A stretch of 64,000 bases of DNA, taken from a bacterium (lineage in GTDB: Bacteria > Chloroflexota > Dormibacteria > Aeolococcales > Bog-877). The stretch is taken from NCBI GenBank assembly GCA_021801645.1, contig JAJYXT010000100.1, forward strand, positions 4,364 through 68,363. The letters run 5' to 3'. Both the position numbers and the translations under genes were made by a program. Numbering within the stretch: position 1 is the first letter of the stretch; each line of letters opens with the position of its first letter. This document shows positions 36,012 through 42,905 of the stretch, piece after piece. The notes beneath the pieces are model-generated. The model did not search any database, was not told where the DNA came from, and saw only the letters and a program-made list of their open reading frames with translations.

Positions 36012-36794
36012 GTGGTGCCTGAAGAGCCGTTGGTGGGGTACCGGACAGCGGGTCATGTGGCGATGGTCACACTGGATTCGCCTCAGAACCGCAACGCCCT
36101 CTCCAGCTCACTTCTGAGCCAGCTCGGGACGGCGCTGCAGAGGGCCGCCGAGGACCCCCTCGTCCGGGTCGTGGTCCTAGGTCACACGGGGACCACCTTC
36201 TGTGCCGGGGCAGACCTCAGAGAGCAGGAGGCGGCCCGAGCCCGCACCGGCAGGAGTCCCGGAGCTGGAGCGCTGGCGCCCATCCTGGCGGCGATCCTCG
36301 ACTGTCCCAAGCCGGTGGTGGCCGAAGTCGCGGGGGCGGTCCGCGGCGGGGGCATGGGGCTGGTCGCCGCCTGTGACCTGGCCGTGGCCGCCGAGCCCGC
36401 CACCTTCGCCTTCAGCGAGGTGCGGGTAGGGGTGGCCCCTGCCGTGATCGCCCACGCGGTGCTGGCCAGGATGGCCCCTGCCTGGGCCTCGGAGCTGTTC
36501 CTGACCGGCCGTACCTTCAGCGCCGCGGAGGCTCAGAGCGCCGGCCTGGTCAGCCGGGTGGTCCCGGCGGGGGAGCTCTCCGCCGAGGTGGCGAGACTGG
36601 TCTCCGAACTGATGGCCGGCGCCCCCTTGGTGCAGGCCGAGGTGAAGCGGCTCCTGGCCCGGGTGCCCCGGCTGGAGCGCGACCAGGCGCTGGAGGAGAT
36701 GGTGGCCCTCTCGGAGCGCCTGTTCTCCGCCGAGGAGGCGCGCGAGGGGATCTCCGCCTTCAGGGAGCGGCGCCCCCCGTCCTGGTCAGGCTGA
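36012..36794 (+). CDS. enoyl-CoA hydratase/isomerase family protein
   Basis: VAMVTLDSPQNRNAL...FCAGADL...GAVRGGGMGLVAACDL are crotonase-fold motifs. Confidence 0.85.
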   Translation: MVPEEPLVGYRTAGHVAMVTLDSPQNRNALSSSLLSQLGTALQRAAEDPLVRVVVLGHTGTTFCAGADLREQEAARARTGRSPGAGALAPILAAILDCPKPVVAEVAGAVRGGGMGLVAACDLAVAAEPATFAFSEVRVGVAPAVIAHAVLARMAPAWASELFLTGRTFSAAEAQSAGLVSRVVPAGELSAEVARLVSELMAGAPLVQAEVKRLLARVPRLERDQALEEMVALSERLFSAEEAREGISAFRERRPPSWSG

Positions 36795-36802
36795 GGCGGT
36801 TC

Positions 36803-37180
36803 TCAACCGCGCAGCACCAGACGGTGCTGGTCGCTCGCCAGCACCGCCACGGCCAGCCCGAACACTCCCAGGTCGCGAGCCACGATGTCGGTGACCCCGC
36901 CGGTGAGGGAGAGGGAGATGACGATCTCGAGCAGGGCGAGCGCGCTGAGGGCCGCGGCCAGCCGGGTGGCAACCCCCAGGCACAGCGCCACTCCGAGCAC
37001 CGAGAGGGCCCAGCCGTGGACCAGGACCAGGGCGAGGGCCAGGTGGGAGGTTGAGGATATTACCGGCACGTAGCCGGTCCAGAGGCTGGGCTGGATGAGC
37101 TCGTGGATCCCGAACCAGAGCAGCACCAGCCCCAGCGCCACCCGGGCCACCACGGGAGCCCAGGGCTGGATCCGGTCCAT
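36803..37180 (-). CDS. DoxX-family membrane protein
   Basis: Start set at ATG 37180 (MDRIQPWAPVVARVALGLVLLWFGIHEL). Four TM segments are typical of DoxX. The track ORF extends to 37306. Confidence 0.75.
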   Translation of the reverse strand: MDRIQPWAPVVARVALGLVLLWFGIHELIQPSLWTGYVPVISSTSHLALALVLVHGWALSVLGVALCLGVATRLAAALSALALLEIVISLSLTGGVTDIVARDLGVFGLAVAVLASDQHRLVLRG

Positions 37181-37308
37181 CGCCTGGCCCCTCGGGTGCG
37201 AGCCGGACGCCAGGGCGACAGGGGTGGCGGCGGCCGGGGCCACCGAGGCCGCTGGTCGCTCGGCGGCGCGGAGGGCGGCTCGAGCCATCCGGTTGCGTCG
37301 CGGCACCG

Positions 37309-37866
37309 TCAGCCCACCACGTGGCCGGAGGCGTCGGTCACCACCAGACCGTCGTCGCCGTAGTTGTACTCGGTGTTCTGGGCATCGTCCCCAAAGCTGG
37401 CCTCGACGAAGTACACATGGTCGGAGGCGGGGTAGGTGTTGGTGATAGGAGCCTGGCCCCCGCCGAGCACGTTCAGGGTGAACACGATCGAGCTGCCCTC
37501 GCTCTTCACCTTGTAGGAGAAGCCCGACAGCGCCAGCCGGGCGGTCTGGCTCGGCGTCCCCGGGTAGAGCTGGTAGGTGTACGAGGCGTAGGAGGTGGAG
37601 GAGAGGAGTGGCCCGGGGGTGCCGGACGCGGTGGGCTGAGCGCTGGGGCTGCTGCTGGGGCTGGCCCCCGGTGACGGCTGGGCGGAGGCCTTGGGGGTGG
37701 GAGTGGGGGTGGTCGAAGCCGCCAGCGGCTTGCTCCCGGTGAGCGGCGCCACTCCGAGACTGCCCGGACTGGAGTAGCCGTGCACCGCCAGCACGGCGGC
37801 CGCCACCGCCGCCAGGGAGAGCGCGGCCGCCCCCCGCCTGCCGATCTGCTCGCCACCTATGCGCAT
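37309..37866 (-). CDS. membrane-anchored/secreted hypothetical protein with Pro/Ser/Thr-rich linker
   Basis: An N-terminal hydrophobic anchor (ALSLAAVAAAVLAV), a PST-rich spacer and a beta-rich C-terminal domain. No family recognised. Confidence 0.6.
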   Translation of the reverse strand: MRIGGEQIGRRGAAALSLAAVAAAVLAVHGYSSPGSLGVAPLTGSKPLAASTTPTPTPKASAQPSPGASPSSSPSAQPTASGTPGPLLSSTSYASYTYQLYPGTPSQTARLALSGFSYKVKSEGSSIVFTLNVLGGGQAPITNTYPASDHVYFVEASFGDDAQNTEYNYGDDGLVVTDASGHVVG

Positions 37867-37902
37867 GCTTCGATCACCTCAGATGCTCCCCGCGCCTCAG
37901 AG

Positions 37903-37941
37903 ATTAACCAAAACCGGGGCCCGAGGTGGTCACACCACCTC
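37903..37941 (-). terminator. hairpin plus U-rich tract downstream of the Grx-TrxR-like gene
   Basis: The minus strand reads GAGGUGGU-GUG-ACCACCUC (8-bp perfect stem, 37923-37941), then GGGCCCCGGUUUUGGUUAAU. It begins about 14 nt after the stop at 37956. Confidence 0.45.
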
Positions 37942-37955
37942 AAACAGCGGTCCTC

Positions 37956-39164
37956 TCAGGCGTTGACCTCGACCAGCGCCAGGTGATGGTGCTGCTGCAG
38001 ATAGGCGCGCACCGCCAGCAGCGCGGCGGCCCCCTCTCCCACCGCCGAGGCCAGCTGCTTGGTGGAGCCCGCGCGCACGTCACCGGCCGCGTAGACGCCG
38101 GGCATGGACGTGCGGTAGGCCAGATCGGTGCTGACGAAGCCCCAGCGATCCAGCTCCACCACCCCGCGCAGGACCTCGGAGTTGGGGGTGAGCCCGACGA
38201 ATACGAAGACCGCGGCCGGGTGCCAGACGTACTCCTCGCCGGTGTCGGAGTTCCGGGCGAGGACCTCCTCCACCCGGGTCTTTCCACGGATCTCGGTCAG
38301 CTGGGTGGAGGTGTGGACCTCGAACCTGGGGTCGGAGGCCACCTTGTCCTGCAGGAGCCTCGAGGCCGTGAGCTGGCTCTGGTTCTGCACCAGCCGGATC
38401 CGGCGCGCGAACTTGGCGAGGAACAGTCCCTCCTCCAGGGCGGCGTTGCCGCCCCCCACCACCAGGATCTCCTCGGCCCCACGGTAGAAGGGGCCGTCAC
38501 AGGTGGAGCAGAAATGCACCCCCGCTCCCAGGAGCTGGTCCTCGCCGGGGATCCCCAGCCGGCGGTAGGTGGAGCCGGTGGCGAAGAGGACGGCGTGGGC
38601 ACCCAGCAGCTGCCCCCCCGCCAGCGCCACCTGGAGGTCCTCGCCGGAACGGTCGACTGAGGCCACCCGGGCCCCGGCCACCAGCTCCACCTCGTAGCGG
38701 CGGGCCTGGGCCACGAAGCGCTCCATCAGCTCCGCACCCCCCACCCCGTCCGGGAACCCGGGATAGTTGTCGATGCGCTCGGTGACGCCGGCGTTTCCCC
38801 CCAGGCCGCCGGAGTCTATGATCACCGCCGAGATACCCTCCCGGGCGGCGTAGATGGAGGCGGCCAGACCGGCCGGTCCCCCGCCCACGATGACCAGGTC
38901 GTAGGCCTTGTGGCTCGCCTCCACCTGGATCCCCAGCTTGCGCGCCAGCTCCTCGTCGCTCGGTTCAAGCAGGTGGGAGCCATCGGGAAAGACGATGGTG
39001 GGAATGGTCCGACCACCGCCCTGGAGCTTCTCCACGAACTCCAGGCCGCCCGTGTCCTGGTCGATGTCCACCCAGCCGTACTCGATCCGGTGGGAGCTGA
39101 GGAAGGCCTTGCTGCGCTGGCAGTCCGGGCACCAGGGAGCGCCGTAGACGGTGATCTGGTTCAT
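37956..39164 (-). CDS. glutaredoxin/NrdH-like domain fused to a thioredoxin-reductase-like flavoprotein
   Basis: N-terminus ITVYGAPWCPDCQRSKAFL (CPxC redoxin). This is followed by VIVGGGPAGLAAS (FAD), the redox pair HFCSTCDG, VVGGGNAALEEG and AAGDV. Confidence 0.85.
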   Translation of the reverse strand: MNQITVYGAPWCPDCQRSKAFLSSHRIEYGWVDIDQDTGGLEFVEKLQGGGRTIPTIVFPDGSHLLEPSDEELARKLGIQVEASHKAYDLVIVGGGPAGLAASIYAAREGISAVIIDSGGLGGNAGVTERIDNYPGFPDGVGGAELMERFVAQARRYEVELVAGARVASVDRSGEDLQVALAGGQLLGAHAVLFATGSTYRRLGIPGEDQLLGAGVHFCSTCDGPFYRGAEEILVVGGGNAALEEGLFLAKFARRIRLVQNQSQLTASRLLQDKVASDPRFEVHTSTQLTEIRGKTRVEEVLARNSDTGEEYVWHPAAVFVFVGLTPNSEVLRGVVELDRWGFVSTDLAYRTSMPGVYAAGDVRAGSTKQLASAVGEGAAALLAVRAYLQQHHHLALVEVNA

Positions 39165-39224
39165 TCGTCAAGTCTCTCACAGCGCGAGGCTTTCCAGCCA
39201 GCAGGGACCGTACACTGAGGTCAC

Positions 39225-39758
39225 ATGGCCAGCGAATCCGCCGCCGCGACCGACGACCGACAGCTCCTGGAGACCGCGGTCCTGCGGGCGGTGCGAAACC
39301 TATCCGAGGCCATGCCCCAGCACACCGTGGCCGCTGCCCACCACCTGGGGATGTCCCCGAGCGAGGTCCGCGCCCTCAACGTGGTCAGCAGCCACCGGGG
39401 CATGACGGCCGGTGAGCTGGGAGCGGCGCTGGGAGTCACCAGCGGGGGGATCACCGGGATCGTGGACCGGCTGGAGCGGGTCGGCCACCTGCGCCGAGAG
39501 CCGGACCGCTCGGACCGCCGGCGGGTGAAGGTCGAGGTGACCGAGGAGGCCGGACAGGTGGCTCGGGAGATGCTCTCGGGGCTCAACCGGGAGATTCGTC
39601 TGCTCCTCCAGGACCGGACCCCGGCGGAGCTCGTGCTCCTCGAGGACTTCCTGGTCCAGCTGGCGGCGGCCCTTCGCCGGGGCGCCAGGGAGCTGGCGGC
39701 CACGCCACCGCGTTCCCGGACACCCACGCCGACCTCCGGCCCCGCCTCCCGGCGCTGA
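39225..39758 (+). CDS. MarR-family transcriptional regulator
   Basis: LNVVSSHRGMTAGELGAALGVTSGGITGIVDRLERVGHLRREPDRSDRRRVKV. It is divergent from the Grx-TrxR-like gene across a 60-bp gap. Confidence 0.85.
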   Translation: MASESAAATDDRQLLETAVLRAVRNLSEAMPQHTVAAAHHLGMSPSEVRALNVVSSHRGMTAGELGAALGVTSGGITGIVDRLERVGHLRREPDRSDRRRVKVEVTEEAGQVAREMLSGLNREIRLLLQDRTPAELVLLEDFLVQLAAALRRGARELAATPPRSRTPTPTSGPASRR

Positions 39759-39944
39759 CTCCGGCGTCGCTCCCCGTCCCGAAGGCACCGGCGCTCTGGC
39801 CGGGCCGATGCAACCTCCACCGTTAGCTCTCCCCGCCCGCGCGCTCTCGGTGGGCCGAGGCTCTTGGGGTCAGGAAAGGTGGCGCCGCTGGAGCCATCAG
39901 CTGCGGGTGGAAGTCACCCGGACTCTGGCGGACAGCGCGGGAGC

Positions 39945-39984
39945 TTGACATTTACCGAAAGGTTATATAACCTGTCGGTTATCC
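39945..39984 (+). promoter_or_regulatory. sigma-70-like promoter (TTGACA-17-TAACCT) overlapped by 12-bp palindrome GGTTATATAACC
   Basis: TTGACA lies at 39945-39950 and the perfect palindrome at 39961-39972, followed by an extra half-site GGTTAT at 39977-39982. All are upstream of the ArsR start GTG 39999 and inside the 5' part of track ORF 39864..40337. Confidence 0.55.
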
Positions 39985-39998
39985 CAGTTCAGGACCCC

Positions 39999-40337
39999 GT
40001 GAGCCGCACCTTCTCCGCGCTGGCCGACCCCACCCGGCGGTCGATCCTCGAACGGCTCGCCAGCGGCGAGCTGGGGGTGGTGGAACTTGCCCGGGGAACG
40101 GCGCTCACCCAGCCAGCCATCACCAAACACCTCCGGGTGCTGGAGCAGGCGGGGCTGGTGAGCCGGTCGCGCGCAGGGCAGCGGCGACCTGCCCGATTTC
40201 GGGCAGACGGCCTGGTCGAGGCGGACGCCTGGATGCGGCGCGCCCGGGAGGAGTGGGCAGATCGCCTGGACCGGCTCGAATGGCATCTCGCCAACTGGCA
40301 CAGTCCACCCCACGTGGAGGAAGCCCCGGATGCCTGA
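39999..40337 (+). CDS. ArsR/SmtB-family transcriptional regulator
   Basis: VSRTFSALADPTRRSILERLASGELGVVELARGTALTQPAITKHLRVLEQAGLV. GTG 39999 is preceded by AGGA. The track start 39864 would place the promoter inside the gene. Confidence 0.85.
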   Translation: MSRTFSALADPTRRSILERLASGELGVVELARGTALTQPAITKHLRVLEQAGLVSRSRAGQRRPARFRADGLVEADAWMRRAREEWADRLDRLEWHLANWHSPPHVEEAPDA

Positions 40338-40848
40338 TCTTCATCTCCCCGCCGATCTTCGCCAGGCGAGCCCCCGCAGGGAGCTGGTCGTCCGGCGCAC
40401 CCTGAAAGCCACCCCCGAGCGGTTGTTCGAGGCGTTCACCGAACCGGAGCAGCTCAAGCGGTGGTGGTGGCCGAGCGGGTTCGCCGCCCCCGCCGCCGAG
40501 GTCGACCTGCGTGTGGGTGGGACCTACCGGATCGCCATGACCTGGCCGGAGTTCATCCCTCAGGAGTCCCAGTTCTCCCACCACATGGGCGGCGAGTACT
40601 ACGAGATCGATCGGCCCCGCCGGCTGGTGATGAGCGGCCGAGCGGTCAACGAGGAGCAGGGCGAGCTCTTCGCGACCCTGATCGAGCTGACCCTGGAGGC
40701 GGTCCCGGAGGGCACGCTGCTGACCATGCGCCAGACCTACTTCGATCCCATGCCTCCGAAGGCAGCCCTCGAGGGTGCCGAGCAGGGCTGGGCGGAGCAG
40801 CTGGACAAGCTGGAGCGGCTGCTGGGAGCGGCCGGCGCGGACCGGTGA
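40330..40848 (+). CDS. SRPBCC-domain (AHSA1/START-like) protein
   Basis: RRTLKATPERLFEAFTEPEQLKRWWWP...VGGTYRI...GWAEQLDKLERLL. This is the typical partner of ArsR regulators. Confidence 0.85.
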   Translation: MPDLHLPADLRQASPRRELVVRRTLKATPERLFEAFTEPEQLKRWWWPSGFAAPAAEVDLRVGGTYRIAMTWPEFIPQESQFSHHMGGEYYEIDRPRRLVMSGRAVNEEQGELFATLIELTLEAVPEGTLLTMRQTYFDPMPPKAALEGAEQGWAEQLDKLERLLGAAGADR

Positions 40849-41738
40849 TCGCTTCCCACACGCTCGGCATCAGGGGCGTTGATCTTGTCTACGACGTCCG
40901 CGGGCCGCTGCCTCCCCGGGATGGCGCGCCGCCTCTTCTGATGATCGGACAGCCCATGGACGCCAGCGGCTTTGGTGCGCTGGCTGCGCACTTTCCCGAC
41001 CGCACGGTGGTCACCTACGACCCCCGCGGCATCGGCCGCAGCACCCGCTCGGACGGACGGGCGGATCATCATCCGCTGGTCCAGGCGGAGGATCTGCACC
41101 AGCTGATCGCCGAACCTGGCTCCGGACCGGTCGAGATGTTCGCCAGCAGCGGAGGCGCGGTCACCGCCCTGGCCTTGGTGGCGGCCAATCCGGCGGATGT
41201 CCGAGTGCTGGTGGCGCACGAGCCGCCGATCCTGGGGCTGCTGCCCGACCGGGAAGCGGCTGAGAGGGCGATGGGCCGGGTCCTGGCCGCCTATCAGGCG
41301 GGAGGACCGGGCACGGGCATGGCCGCCTTCATCGCCATGACCTCGTGGCCCGGCGAGTTCACCGAGGAATACTTCGACAGGCCGCTGCCTGAGCCTTCTC
41401 AGTACGGAATGTCGGCCGAGGACTCGGGAGGCCGGGACGACCCGCTGCTCTCCGGGCGCTCAGCCGCCGTGACGGCCTGCCGACCTGATCTTGCCGCCCT
41501 GGAGGCATCTCCCACGCGCATCGTCATCGCCATGGGTGAGGAGTCGGCGGGGACGCTGGCCGCTCGATCCGCGGCCGTCATCGCCGGGCGCCTTCACCAA
41601 CAGCCGGCGGTCTTCCCCAGCCACCACGGCGGCTTCGTTGGAGGCGACCATCCCTTCGCCGGACAACCCGAGGCCTTCGCGCGGCGGCTGCGGGCGGTCC
41701 TCAGCGCGCATGGGCCGAATCCGCAAGAACTCGGATGA
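40845..41738 (+). CDS. alpha/beta-fold hydrolase
   Basis: Start set at GTG 40845 (GTGA overlap). LLMIGQPMDASGF...YDPRGIGRS and nucleophile elbow MFASSGGA. The track ORF starts at 40461. Confidence 0.8.
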   Translation: MIASHTLGIRGVDLVYDVRGPLPPRDGAPPLLMIGQPMDASGFGALAAHFPDRTVVTYDPRGIGRSTRSDGRADHHPLVQAEDLHQLIAEPGSGPVEMFASSGGAVTALALVAANPADVRVLVAHEPPILGLLPDREAAERAMGRVLAAYQAGGPGTGMAAFIAMTSWPGEFTEEYFDRPLPEPSQYGMSAEDSGGRDDPLLSGRSAAVTACRPDLAALEASPTRIVIAMGEESAGTLAARSAAVIAGRLHQQPAVFPSHHGGFVGGDHPFAGQPEAFARRLRAVLSAHGPNPQELG

Positions 41739-41771
41739 ACGGCAGCCGGGGCCGCCCTTCAGGAGCGGACG

Positions 41772-42827
41772 CTAGCGGTCGATCAGCGGTCGAGCACCGG
41801 CGCCCACGAGCTCGGAGACGGCAGTCGGGGCGGACGCGGGCTCTTCCGCCCCCGCGCCTTGGCGAAGAAGCCGACGGCCCCTGAGGCCGAGCCATCCGAT
41901 CAGGCCCTCGGGAAGGGCGACCAGGAGATCCATCACCTGGATCTCCAGCCCCAGGGTGAGGGCGGGGCCGATGGCGAGGCCGGCCAGCGCCAGGCCCGCA
42001 CCCCACCAGACCTGGGAGGTCCCGAACCCCCCGACGCCCTGGATGGGTAGGGCGAAGAGGAGCGTCCGCACCGCCAGCGCCAGCCACACCTGCCAGAACG
42101 TCACGTGCGCCCCCAGGGCCAGGAAGAGGCAGAGGTACTCAAGGGCCGCCAGCACCCGGGCCCCGGCGGTGGTGGCCAGAAGGCCGACCCCGACCTGCCA
42201 ACTGCTCAGCTCCCCAAGCGCGGTCTCGGCCCGCGCCGCGAGCCGGCCGATGAAGCGGACGCCCTCCACCCGCCTGAGCAGAGGCTGGCGCACCCGCTCT
42301 ATGAAGAGGGCGGCGATGACCAGGAGGAGCGCCACAGCAAGAGCGATGGCACCGACCCGCAGGGAGCGGGGCAGCCGGGCCCCGGCCAGGTCCGCGGACA
42401 CCAGCAGGATCACCGCCAGGCTGGCGAAGTCGAAGAGTCGCGCCACCACCGCCGCCCCAGTTCCCCGGGGGATCGAGGCCCCCAGCTCGCGGCGAGCGAG
42501 CCAGATGAAGGCGGCGTCCCCACCCGGGCCGGGAAGGACCTGGCCGGCCCCCCAGCTGGCGGCCGTCACGCCCAGGACGGCCGGGGAGGAGCCGCCACCC
42601 AGCAGCAGCCGGTAGCGAATGGCCCGCATGGCCACGTAGCCGGCGGCCAGGAGGGCAGCGAGCAGGACCAGGGGCGGCGAGACGTGACCCAGAGCGCGCC
42701 CCACCGTCGCCAGGGAGACCTTGTGCAGGACCAGGAACAGCAGCACCACGGCCACCAGAACTCCCAGGCCGACCCGGGACCAGGGGCGCCCGGCCCACCT
42801 GGCCAGCGCGGAGATTCGGGTGCTCAT
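41772..42827 (-). CDS. LPG-synthase-TM/flippase-like (UPF0104) integral membrane protein
   Basis: 351 aa with about 8 TM helices. The N-terminal pattern VGLGVLVAVVLLFLVLHKVSLATVGRAL and the general layout are typical of PF03706-type proteins. Confidence 0.7.
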   Translation of the reverse strand: MSTRISALARWAGRPWSRVGLGVLVAVVLLFLVLHKVSLATVGRALGHVSPPLVLLAALLAAGYVAMRAIRYRLLLGGGSSPAVLGVTAASWGAGQVLPGPGGDAAFIWLARRELGASIPRGTGAAVVARLFDFASLAVILLVSADLAGARLPRSLRVGAIALAVALLLVIAALFIERVRQPLLRRVEGVRFIGRLAARAETALGELSSWQVGVGLLATTAGARVLAALEYLCLFLALGAHVTFWQVWLALAVRTLLFALPIQGVGGFGTSQVWWGAGLALAGLAIGPALTLGLEIQVMDLLVALPEGLIGWLGLRGRRLLRQGAGAEEPASAPTAVSELVGAGARPLIDR

Positions 42828-42905
42828 TTCATCTCCATTCTGAAGGGATCGACGGGAGGGGGGCTGAATCGCGGCTGAGAGCCCCGCCGCGACCGCTTCT
42901 CGGCG

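Noticed and set aside
34515-36056. 513-aa minus-strand ORF, and other long ORFs antisense to the helicase (33870..34412, 34981..35805)
   Set aside because: They are antisense to a helicase gene with all SF2 motifs. There is no recognisable domain and the composition is biased.
37500-37720. Pro/Ser/Thr-rich coding repeats (also 47990-48060), considered as tandem DNA repeats or DGR variable regions
   Set aside because: They are low-complexity linkers within secreted proteins. There is no reverse transcriptase, template repeat or exact DNA repeat unit.
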